A stretch of 64,000 bases of DNA from Candidatus Sumerlaeales bacterium (GTDB lineage: Bacteria; Sumerlaeota; Sumerlaeia; Sumerlaeales; Sumerlaeaceae). The DNA is taken from the NCBI GenBank assembly GCA_038243585.1, contig JBBSQY010000010.1, positions 1-64,000 of the forward strand, in the 5' to 3' direction. Shown piece after piece: positions 49,607-59,100 of this stretch. Each line of letters opens with the position of its first letter. Within the stretch, counting starts at the first letter, position 1. The notes under the pieces were generated by a model. The model searched no databases and was not told the origin of the DNA. It was given only the letters and a program-made list of their open reading frames with translations. The position numbers and the translations under genes were made by a program.

Positions 49607-51379
49607 ATGAGTAAAACGCAAACCCAGTCAAAAGCTGAATCAGCGGTTCTGAAGCAACAGGACGCGGTAACCTCTTCCCGAGTGGAAAGAGATCGGCAGA
49701 TACTAGTAAAGGCGCACTCGCGTGGAGGTATTGCTCCAATAGGAGCATTTTTGCGGCTATCCGGGCCTGGATGGCTCCAGAGCGCCATCACCCTGGGCGG
49801 CGGCTCGCTGTCAGGTGCTTTATATTTGGGGGTCCTCGGCGGTTATAGTTTCCTATGGCTTCAGCTGCTGGCGATAATTCTTGGAATCATTATGCTTGGC
49901 GCAATATCCTACGTTACCCTGGCCACCGGACAACGGCCGTTTCAGGCCATCAGGCGCTTCATAAATCCTGTGCTGGCATGGGGCTGGGCAGTTGCCTCAA
50001 TCGTCGCAAGCCTTGTGTGGTGCCTACCGCAGTTCAGCCTCAGCGTCGCGGTCGTGCAGCAGAATCTTTTGCCTGGATTAGTCGGGCCTGAGAGCGCGCT
50101 GGGTTTGATAGGCGGCAAGATTCTCATTTGTGCCTTACTGCTGGCCATTGCGACCACGATTGTGTGGCGCTACGCTCGCCCCGGCAGAGGCATCCGCATT
50201 TTCGAAGCCATCCTCAAAACAATGGTTGCGGTCATAGTCTTTAGTTTTGTGGGTGTTGTTTTAAAACTGGCCTTCAGTGGAGACGGATTACCCTGGGCCA
50301 GTATTTTTGCCGGATACATCCCAGACCTGACCAGTTTTACCCGACCGGCTGCAACCTTTCTTCCCTTCCTGAACGAAATTGCACCTGATCAACGGGATTT
50401 CTGGACAAAAGCCATCGTGTCGCGTCAGCAGGATGTCATGATAGCCGCAGCAGCGGCAGCCGTCGGAATCAACATGACGTTTTTTCTGCCATATTCCATT
50501 CTTGCCCGTGGATGGACACGAGAGTTTAAAGGCCTTGCGATATTTGATTTGGCAACAGGCCTGGCGATTCCGTTTGTCCTGGTCACTTCCTGCATAGTTA
50601 TTGCTTCGGCCAGCCAGTTCCACACGAAACCGGGAAAAGGGCTTTTGAATGACGGAACTCCAACGGCAGGTATACAGCGGGAATACAATTCACTGCTGGA
50701 ATCCCGGTTAAACAACGGCGGTAGCGGAGCTGCAAAAACTTCGATACTTTCGCCTGAAGAGAAGTCGGCGCAGGTAAATGCCCTTCCGCAGGCGGAGAAA
50801 GAAATGGCGGCCATGCTTGTTAACCGCGACGCCTTCCAGCTGGCTGATTCCCTCGCCCCCCTTACCGGACGAGTAGTATCACAATGGTTGTTCGGAATCG
50901 GTGTGCTGGGCATGGCGCTTTCCACCGTTATTATGATGATGGTAATAACGGGAGTTGTATTGCGGGAGATGTTTGACTGGCCCCAGGGAGGGACCAAGCA
51001 ACGACTGGGCAGTATGCTCGCGGGCGTCGGAGTACTTGGTCCATTTGTATGGTCTGGAAAAGCCCTGTTTTGGCTGGCGGTTCCAGCGTCTGTTGTCGCC
51101 ATGACACTTCTGCCAATCGCCTACTTCACCTTCTTCTTGATGATGAACTCCCGCAAACTTATGGGCGAAAACCTGCCGAGAGGAGCCCACCGGGTCGTTT
51201 GGAACGTGCTCATGATCATTGCCACTTTAAGTGCATCAATTGCGGCAGCATGGAGCATCTGGACGAAGTCCGGCTGGATAGGAACCGGGGCTGCGATAAG
51301 TTTTATCGTTTTAGCTATTGTCGCTCAGTTTGCAAAAAAATCTGACCATACAGAAACAGAAGAAAGAGCAAATGCTTAA
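49607..51379 (+). CDS. NRAMP-fold transporter lacking the DPGN metal motif
   Basis: About 11-12 TM segments; GPGWLQSAITLGGGS, AVGINMTF and LMMNSRKLMG motifs. Confidence 0.75.
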   Translation: MSKTQTQSKAESAVLKQQDAVTSSRVERDRQILVKAHSRGGIAPIGAFLRLSGPGWLQSAITLGGGSLSGALYLGVLGGYSFLWLQLLAIILGIIMLGAISYVTLATGQRPFQAIRRFINPVLAWGWAVASIVASLVWCLPQFSLSVAVVQQNLLPGLVGPESALGLIGGKILICALLLAIATTIVWRYARPGRGIRIFEAILKTMVAVIVFSFVGVVLKLAFSGDGLPWASIFAGYIPDLTSFTRPAATFLPFLNEIAPDQRDFWTKAIVSRQQDVMIAAAAAAVGINMTFFLPYSILARGWTREFKGLAIFDLATGLAIPFVLVTSCIVIASASQFHTKPGKGLLNDGTPTAGIQREYNSLLESRLNNGGSGAAKTSILSPEEKSAQVNALPQAEKEMAAMLVNRDAFQLADSLAPLTGRVVSQWLFGIGVLGMALSTVIMMMVITGVVLREMFDWPQGGTKQRLGSMLAGVGVLGPFVWSGKALFWLAVPASVVAMTLLPIAYFTFFLMMNSRKLMGENLPRGAHRVVWNVLMIIATLSASIAAAWSIWTKSGWIGTGAAISFIVLAIVAQFAKKSDHTETEERANA

Positions 51380-52757
51380 TACCGATATGAGCCTGCGGGC
51401 TTCTGACCTACTTCCCGCTATTACCCGTATGTGGGAACTTTCCGCGACAAAAATCTCGTCCATAGAAAAGTCCTGGAGCGCTCAGGAAGGGTCGCCGGTC
51501 TTTACGATCGACGGCAACTATACTGCTCAGGGGTGGACGGAATGGACCCAGGGATTTCAATATGGGTCGGCGCTGTTGCAGTTTGACGCTACTGATGACA
51601 CAGCATTTCTTGAAATAGGACGACGTAAAACGATCGAAGTAATGGCGCCGCATATCACCCACTTCGGGGTTCATGATCACGGGTTTAACAATGTAAGCAC
51701 CTACGGCAATCTGTGGCGCATGATGGAAGAGAATCGCATTACCTTTCAGCCGGATGAAAAACATTTCTGCGAACTCGCTTTGAAATGTAGCGGAGCCGTA
51801 CAGGCGAATCGCTGGACCCCTACCGCCGATGGTGGTGGGTTCATTCATTCCTTTAATGGTCCACACTCCTTGTTCGCGGACACCATAAGGTCTCTGCGCT
51901 CTCTTGCCCTTGGCCACCGTTTAGGCCACTGGCTTCTAGGAGAAAAAGACTCCCGCGTTTCACTGTTGGAGCGCCTTGTCCAGCATGCTCAGTCCACCGC
52001 CGAATACTCCGTTTACTATGGAAACGGCCGGGACTCTTATGATATCCGTGGTCGTGTCGCCCATGAATCGGTGTTCAACACAAAAAACGGAAACTACCGG
52101 TGTCCAAACTCCCAACAAGGCTACTCCCCTTTCACCACTTGGACCCGCGGTCTCGCCTGGATTGTCTGCGGCTATCCTGAGTTGCTAGAGTACCTCGAAA
52201 CCATCGACGATGCCGCCCTGGAACCCATGGGAGGTCGCATCGCCATCGAAACCATGATGCTGGATGCGGCACGGGCAAGCGCAGATTTTTACATCCAGCA
52301 TAGTCCTTCTGACGGAATTCCATACTGGGACACCGGCGCACCAAACCTGCACAAACTGGGTGACTATCTCAATAATCCTGCTGATCCGTTCAATAATTAT
52401 GAACCGGTAGACAGTTCGGCCGCTGCAATCGCCTGTCAGGGGCTGATGCGTCTAGGTCGCTACCTCTCCCGCCGCGCAGATAACGCCGGATCAGCCTATA
52501 CGCAGGCAGGCCTGACAGTTCTCCGCCGTCTTCTCGAAGAGCCATACCTCAGCACCGACAACGCTCACCAGGGACTACTTCTACATACCATATATCATCA
52601 ACCCAATGGTTGGGACAACATACCGCAAGGCGCAAGCATTCCGTCCGGAGAATCCTGCATGTGGGGCGATTATCATCTGCGAGAAGCGGCATTTTACGTC
52701 CAGCGCCTGAGCAACGACGCACCTTACTATACATTCTTCGGACCGAGGAGTAACTAG
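51372..52757 (+). CDS. GH88-like unsaturated glucuronyl hydrolase, no signal peptide
   Basis: WTQGF, HDHGF, QGYSPFTTWTRGLAW, PYWD, DSSAAAI and WGDYH..EA motifs. Confidence 0.8.
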   Translation: MLNTDMSLRASDLLPAITRMWELSATKISSIEKSWSAQEGSPVFTIDGNYTAQGWTEWTQGFQYGSALLQFDATDDTAFLEIGRRKTIEVMAPHITHFGVHDHGFNNVSTYGNLWRMMEENRITFQPDEKHFCELALKCSGAVQANRWTPTADGGGFIHSFNGPHSLFADTIRSLRSLALGHRLGHWLLGEKDSRVSLLERLVQHAQSTAEYSVYYGNGRDSYDIRGRVAHESVFNTKNGNYRCPNSQQGYSPFTTWTRGLAWIVCGYPELLEYLETIDDAALEPMGGRIAIETMMLDAARASADFYIQHSPSDGIPYWDTGAPNLHKLGDYLNNPADPFNNYEPVDSSAAAIACQGLMRLGRYLSRRADNAGSAYTQAGLTVLRRLLEEPYLSTDNAHQGLLLHTIYHQPNGWDNIPQGASIPSGESCMWGDYHLREAAFYVQRLSNDAPYYTFFGPRSN

Positions 52758-52760
52758 ACC

Positions 52761-53546
52761 ATGTCGGCAAACTCAACCCGAAAAGTTGCCCTTGTAACCG
52801 GCGGAGCAAGAGGCATTGGCCTTGGTATCTCCGCCGCGCTGGCCAAATCCGGCTTCGACCTGGCTATCTGCGGCGTACGCGATTTGGCTGCCGTAGAAAA
52901 CGCTATTGCCGGCCTCGAAAGCGCTGGTGCGCAAGTTCATTACTGTCAGGCCGACATTAGCATTACCGATGACCGGCAGCGTTTGGTGGACTTCGTTAAG
53001 GAAAAGTTCGAATGCCTTAACGTGCTAATCAATAATGCGGGAGTAGCCCCGACGGTTCGGGCGGACATACTTGAAGCCGACGAAGAAAGCTTCGACCGGC
53101 TCATGCGCATTAACTTAAAAGGTCCCTACTTTCTGACCCAGCTGACGGCGCGGTGGATGATCGAACAGCGACAACACGACGCCTCGTTTAGCGGTTGCAT
53201 TATCAATGTGTCTTCCATATCATCGTTTGTTGCGTCAACCTCCCGGGGCGACTACTGCCTGTCTAAAGCGGGAGTCAGCATGTCGACAAAACTTTGGGCA
53301 ACGCGTCTGGGAGAATTTGGACTGCCGGTTTATGAAATTCAGCCGGGCATTATTAAAACAGACATGACCGCAGGCGTAACAGATAAATATGACAACCTTA
53401 TAGCAGGCGGCTTGTTGCTGGAAGAAAGATGGGGAACCCCTGAGGATGTTGGGCGAGCTGTAGCCACTCTGGCTCGCGGAGACATCCCTTATGCTACAGG
53501 CAACGTAATTCAACTGGACGGTGGGCTGGGAATCCAAAGGCTTTAA
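52761..53546 (+). CDS. short-chain dehydrogenase/reductase
   Basis: TGGARGIG, NNAG, YCLSK (YxxxK) and PGIIKTDMT motifs. Confidence 0.9.
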   Translation: MSANSTRKVALVTGGARGIGLGISAALAKSGFDLAICGVRDLAAVENAIAGLESAGAQVHYCQADISITDDRQRLVDFVKEKFECLNVLINNAGVAPTVRADILEADEESFDRLMRINLKGPYFLTQLTARWMIEQRQHDASFSGCIINVSSISSFVASTSRGDYCLSKAGVSMSTKLWATRLGEFGLPVYEIQPGIIKTDMTAGVTDKYDNLIAGGLLLEERWGTPEDVGRAVATLARGDIPYATGNVIQLDGGLGIQRL

Positions 53547-53753
53547 CCTTCCGCCACATTTACTCTCACAACGTATGAAGCTTAATTAATAATAATATTG
53601 TTTGAAACGTAACTCGCACCAAGTTTTCAAGCACACTTAATATCAAAGTCAGACTGAGATAATGGCTTCGCACCTGACTTTGAAATATCAAAATGGGCCG
53701 TGCGCTTTTACCTGTATTGCCTAAAATGCGGAAGAACTGAGGTTCAATTGACA

Positions 53754-54428
53754 ATGTCAGAAACGATCATTAGTGACCCTCATCGAGACAGTGAAACTCT
53801 AATACACGGTCCATCGCCGGAGAGTTCGGCTGCAACCATGATTTTGCTACATGGCCGCGGTGGAAGCGCTTTAGGCATGCTGGAACTCTTTAAAACCTTG
53901 GGTACGGATAATGTTGCCGCGATCATTCCCCAGGCACATGATCGAACATGGTATCCATATTCGTTTCTCGTGCCGTTGGCAGAGAACCAGCCTTACTTTA
54001 CCTCAGCCATTGCGCGAGTGGATTCAGTTATTACTGATTTGGTATCCCGCGGCGTCCCCCGACAGAAAATCATAATACTAGGTTTTTCTCAGGGGGCTTG
54101 CCTGGCAACGGAATATGTAGCACGGCACCCGCGCCGTTATGGAGCAGTTGTAGCCCTCTCCGGCGGGTTTTTTGGTCCCTCGACAGACCTGGCAAACTAC
54201 CACGGCAGCCTGGACAGCACTCCTGTATTCATGGGAGCTGTCGATCCTGACTCTCACGTACCATTTGAGCGGGTTCAAGAAACGGCATTAATTCTAAATA
54301 AACTGGGTGCGGATGTAGAAATGCGGCGCTACCCCGGCTTGCCTCACAGTGTTAACCAGGATGAGCTGAACGTTTGCCGCAATCTCGTCGATCAGGTAAT
54401 TTCCGCTAGTTTCATAAAGACGCCATAA
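53754..54428 (+). CDS. phospholipase/carboxylesterase (alpha/beta hydrolase)
   Basis: LLHGRG, GFSQG nucleophile motif, DPDSHVP and PGLPH. Confidence 0.88.
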   Translation: MSETIISDPHRDSETLIHGPSPESSAATMILLHGRGGSALGMLELFKTLGTDNVAAIIPQAHDRTWYPYSFLVPLAENQPYFTSAIARVDSVITDLVSRGVPRQKIIILGFSQGACLATEYVARHPRRYGAVVALSGGFFGPSTDLANYHGSLDSTPVFMGAVDPDSHVPFERVQETALILNKLGADVEMRRYPGLPHSVNQDELNVCRNLVDQVISASFIKTP

Positions 54429-54680
54429 ACATTACCTGCTTATGTTGTTTGCGTCACACTCGCGGAGCCGCCACATGCAACCGACACGTTCTTCGCACCA
54501 CCACCTGCAATTTTACTACAAATGTTAAATGCACTTAGACCAGTTAGAAAATCTGAAGCCAATGTTGGAGTTTACATCAACCCCGCCGATGGCAATCCCG
54601 ACGAGAAATCGGGTGATGCTGATTATTAAACTCTACAGAGCATCGGCAAAGTCACATCTGACGCGCCTATCGAAATTGAT

Positions 54681-55910
54681 TTGACCAGTTTGTCAAACCC
54701 ACTGAAGACTCGTCGCAAGCCACCGTCTCTTTTGGCAATCAATGGCGGCTCGTCGAGCATCCGCTTTGCGTTGTATGAGAACGTAGAACCATTGCGGCAG
54801 AGCTTGGTTGGGAAGGTGGATCGCGTCGGTTTGACCGGCATGACTTTAACCTTCACAGACTCTGCCGCACCAACCCCGAAACGTCGCATCATCAAGATGG
54901 ATGATCACCAGTCGTCCGTCACCTTTCTACTGGATTGGCTAGAAAGCCAGCAGGTGTTCGCCACGGTTGCAGCGGTGGGACACCGGGTGGTGCACGGGAT
55001 GACGCATAGCAAACCTGAGCTAATCACGCCCGAGTTGCTCGCAGATTTGCGCCGCATCACACCGTATGACCCAGAGCATCTTCCGCTTGAAATCGAATTG
55101 ATGGAGGCGTTCCACCAACACTATCCGGCATTGCTCCAGGTGGCATGCTTTGACACCGCGTTTCACCAGACCATGCCACGAGTCGCCAGTATGCTATCAA
55201 TTCCTCGGCGCTACGAAGCGGCTGGCGTTCGCCGGTACGGCTTCCACGGTTTGTCTTACGAGTTCCTCATGGAGGAACTTGCGCACCTTGGCGACCCGGC
55301 GGCAACGAAGGGGCGCGTGATACTCGCTCATCTCGGCAACGGTGCAAGCGTGGCCGCAGTGCGCGACGGCAAAAGCATCGATACCAGTATGGGTTTCACA
55401 CCGACGTCGGGATTAGTGATGAGCAGGCGCTCAGGGGATCTCGATCCAGGACTTGCCTCCTACATGGCGCGCACCGATCATATGAGTACAGCGCAATTTC
55501 AGCAAATGGTGAACCACGAATCAGGCTTGCTCGGAGTATCCGAAATTAGCTCTGACATGCGCGACCTACTCGAGCAAGAAACGCGGGATATCAGGGCGGC
55601 GGAAGCCGTGGCGTTGTTTTGCTATCAAACGAAAAAGTGGATTGGCGCTTACGCCGCCGCGCTTGGCGGACTCGACACGCTTGTTTTCGCAGGCGGCATC
55701 GGGGGAAACGTGCCGGTTATTCGCGCCCGCATCTGCGAGGGTCTCGGCTTTCTCGGAATCGAACTTGATGAAATACGAAATGCTGCAACTGACGCGGTAA
55801 TTTCTGCAGTCGCCGGCAGCGTCGCAGTTCGTGTTATCACCACAAACGAAGAATTGATGATTGCACGCTCTGTGCGCCGTATTCTGAGATTAGTGACTGG
55901 AAACCTTTAA
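54681..55910 (+). CDS. ackA: acetate/propionate kinase
   Basis: INGGSSS, GHRVVHG, FDTAFH, RYGFHGLSY, HLGNGAS, TSMGFTP and TNEELMIA motifs. Confidence 0.93.
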   Translation: MTSLSNPLKTRRKPPSLLAINGGSSSIRFALYENVEPLRQSLVGKVDRVGLTGMTLTFTDSAAPTPKRRIIKMDDHQSSVTFLLDWLESQQVFATVAAVGHRVVHGMTHSKPELITPELLADLRRITPYDPEHLPLEIELMEAFHQHYPALLQVACFDTAFHQTMPRVASMLSIPRRYEAAGVRRYGFHGLSYEFLMEELAHLGDPAATKGRVILAHLGNGASVAAVRDGKSIDTSMGFTPTSGLVMSRRSGDLDPGLASYMARTDHMSTAQFQQMVNHESGLLGVSEISSDMRDLLEQETRDIRAAEAVALFCYQTKKWIGAYAAALGGLDTLVFAGGIGGNVPVIRARICEGLGFLGIELDEIRNAATDAVISAVAGSVAVRVITTNEELMIARSVRRILRLVTGNL

Positions 55911-55932
55911 AGATTAAATTGTCAAATTTGGC

Positions 55933-55987
55933 ACACTGCCCCGGAGCTGCTGCAAAAGATGGACGCTTACTGGCGATTCGAGCCAAT
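55933..55987 (+). pseudogene. xfp: phosphoketolase N-terminal relic
   Basis: 55941-55976 translates PELLQKMDAYWR, followed out of frame by GCC AAT (AN); matches the Xfp N-terminus ..ELL.KMDAYWRAANYL; lies directly after ackA. Confidence 0.65.
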
Positions 55988-56116
55988 GACACTCAGGATG
56001 ACCTGGTTTCGGCAATAAATCGTAACGCGGAAGCCATTCAAATAGTATATTAATAACCTTTTTGGTGGAAAGCAGCAAGATTTGACTTTTACCTTGCCAT
56101 GTCGTGTTCTAAATAG

Positions 56117-59100
56117 ATGCCCCTAACTATACCTCCTTCCATGAAAGCCCGTTTTCGCCAACGCAGTGATGCTGACAAGTTGGTTAGACAATTTGGCATT
56201 GAGCAGCCACTAAATCAGGAGCTGTTAAGCACGCAACAGCTAGGGCAACAGGCCAGGCTTTTGGCACAAGCCCATAAAATTAGTGATGCTCACCGTCCTG
56301 ACCAGCTTCTACCTCGTCTTTCACAAAATGAAGCGGTGTTATTGCGTACACATAAAATCATTGCATCAGCAGCTGAACAAGGCAGCGAGATATCGACCAT
56401 AGCGGAGTGGTTACTTGACAATTTCCACTTAATTGAAGGACAGATCCGCAAGGCCCGACTCCACTTACCCAAGTCCTATAGTCGCGAGCTACCTCGCCTT
56501 CTCAATGGCACGCATCGCGTTTATGATATAGTTCTAAAACTGATCTCGCACTCTGATGCGCGCCTTGACGCCGAGAACCTGGCATGGTTTATATCCGAAT
56601 ATCAACAGGTGACATCTCTCAAACTAGGCGAATTGTGGGCTATCCCCATTATGCTGCGTCTTGGACTTATTGAAAACCTGCGCCGCATAGCATCCAAGAT
56701 AACTGCACGCCATGTGGAATATGAAAAAGCCGTTTACTGGGCAAATCGCCTGATGGAACAGGCGGAGACTGATCGTATTAAGCTGGTGGTTAAAGTCGCA
56801 GAACTTGCTATGTCAGATGTAACTCTCGAAAGCGCCTTTGTCACGGAATTTACCCGTCGCCTGCAAGGTCAAGCTACAGAGCAAACCTTCACCCTTGCCT
56901 GGCTGGATCAGCAACTGGCTCAAAAGAACACATCAGTCCGCCAGCTGGTCCAACTGGAAAATCACGCACAGGCCGCAGAGCAACTTTCCATCAGCAACTG
57001 TATCGCAAGCTTGCGATCGCTAGATGCCATCGATTGGCGAGATTTCGTCGAAAGCCTAAGTTACGTTGAAAAAACGTTGCGCAACGATCCAGCAGACGTT
57101 TACAAAAATTCCGATTTTAGTACACGAGACACTTATCGCCATGCGATAGAATCTGTCTCACGATATAGTCAATCGACAGAAGTTGAGGTCGCTGAACTTG
57201 CGGTAAAACTAGCCACTGATGCTGCGATTGACGGTATTGAAAGCGCACGTAAAGGTCACGTCGGCTATTACCTGGTGGGACCCGGGCTTAAACAGCTTCA
57301 CCAAGCGGTGAGAGCGCGTCCGGGCTTTCTGTCGAACGCCGGTGATTTATCCCGGAATCATGCTCTTTTTCTTTACCTTTTTTCGGTTATTGCCTTGGCC
57401 ACTATCGTAACTTTTTTTATCCTTACTTCACCTCTGGGCAATGTCTCTACATGGCTGGCTACTTTGCTCGGCATTGCTACTCTTTTTCTGACAATACAAA
57501 TAGCCTTAGATATTGTCAATCGCGCTGCAATGCATATTGTTAAACCACGCCGTCTTCCCCGAATGAATTTTGAACATGAGATTCCTTCGGAGTTTACGAC
57601 GCTTGTTACCGTGCCGACATTGCTTACCAACACGCAATCCGTGGAGGAACTGCTGGAGGGATTGGAGGTTAGATTCCTTGCTAACCGACAGGAAAATATT
57701 TACTTCAGCTTACTTACAGACTTTCCGGATGCTCCTCAAGGTCAAATGCCCGGTGACGCAGAACTGCTTGCACAGACAGTCACTGGTATAGAGTCGTTAA
57801 ACGAAAAATATGGCTCAACAAACCACGAATCACCGTTTTATCTTTTTCACCGCCCGCGGCTTTGGAATAATCAGGAAAACGTGTGGATGGGCCGCGAACG
57901 AAAACGCGGAAAACTTTCAGATCTAAACGCATTGCTGCGCGGCGAACGAAACGGCGCATTTGCTAAGACAGTGGGTGACATACAAGTCTTGCAGGCCGTG
58001 AAATTTGTCATAACCCTTGATACTGATACTTTACTTCCTCGTGACAGCGCCAGGGAACTTATAGGGACTTTGGCCCACATACTCAATCTGCCGGAAATTA
58101 ATGAGTCAACCGGTTGCGTACGGCACGGTTACGGCATTCTACAGCCCCGCATTAGCACAGACCTCCCTTCCAGATCGAAAACGATTTTCCACAACCTATA
58201 TGGTGGCCAGCCGGGAATTGATCCATACACTCAGACAGTCTCTGATGTGTACCAGGATCTTTTTTATGAAGGCTCTTTTATTGGTAAAGGCATCTATGAT
58301 GTCGACGCGTTTCAGATTGCGTTGGAAAATCGTCTCCCTGATAATCGGATTCTAAGTCATGACCTTATTGAAGGATGTTACGCACGCTCAGGACTGCTCA
58401 GCGATGTCCAACTTTACGAGTCATATCCACTGCGGTATGCTACGGACGTCAGTCGCCGACGCCGCTGGATTAGAGGAGACTGGCAGATAAGTCTCTGGGC
58501 TTTTTCCAGTCCTCCAGACAAAGATGGAAACCCGGTTTGTAATCCACTGCACGGTATTTCCAGATGGAAAATTTTTGATAATCTTCGGCGCAGTGTTCAG
58601 CCTGCTGCAATGACGATGCTGTTTTTTCTGGCCTGGCTTACGCCCGTGCCATATATATGGACTGCTACTATAATCGCGTTGTTATCCGCTCCATATATTC
58701 TTACATCAATTATTAACCTACTAAAAAAGCCAGTGGATCTGCCTTTTACCGTTCATGCGTCACGCGGAATTAAAGATCTGCTTCGCCATGTGGGACAGCT
58801 CCTTTTTTCTATAACCATGTTACCTTTCGAAGCGGCTTTTTCACTGGATTCGATTTTCAGATCTCTCGTGCGAATGTTAGTTACGAAGCAACATCTCCTA
58901 GAATGGACCACATCCATTGACGCCGAGCGCAGTGCAAAATCAACTTTGACAGCGTCTCTATACCAAATGTCGGTAGCCCCTGTAATTACGATTGTTATCG
59001 GCATCGTCATTTGGTTATTTAATCCTCACGCTCTACCAGTTGCCGCACCGTTTCTCATTGGATGGTTCTTTTCGCCAGTTGTCGCTTGGTGGGTGAGTCG

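Noticed and set aside
54520..54680. Minus-strand fragment IISITRFLVGIAIGG resembling an MFS motif, and a 35-aa plus-strand ORF
   Set aside because: Too short to support a pseudogene or small-protein call without a blastx search
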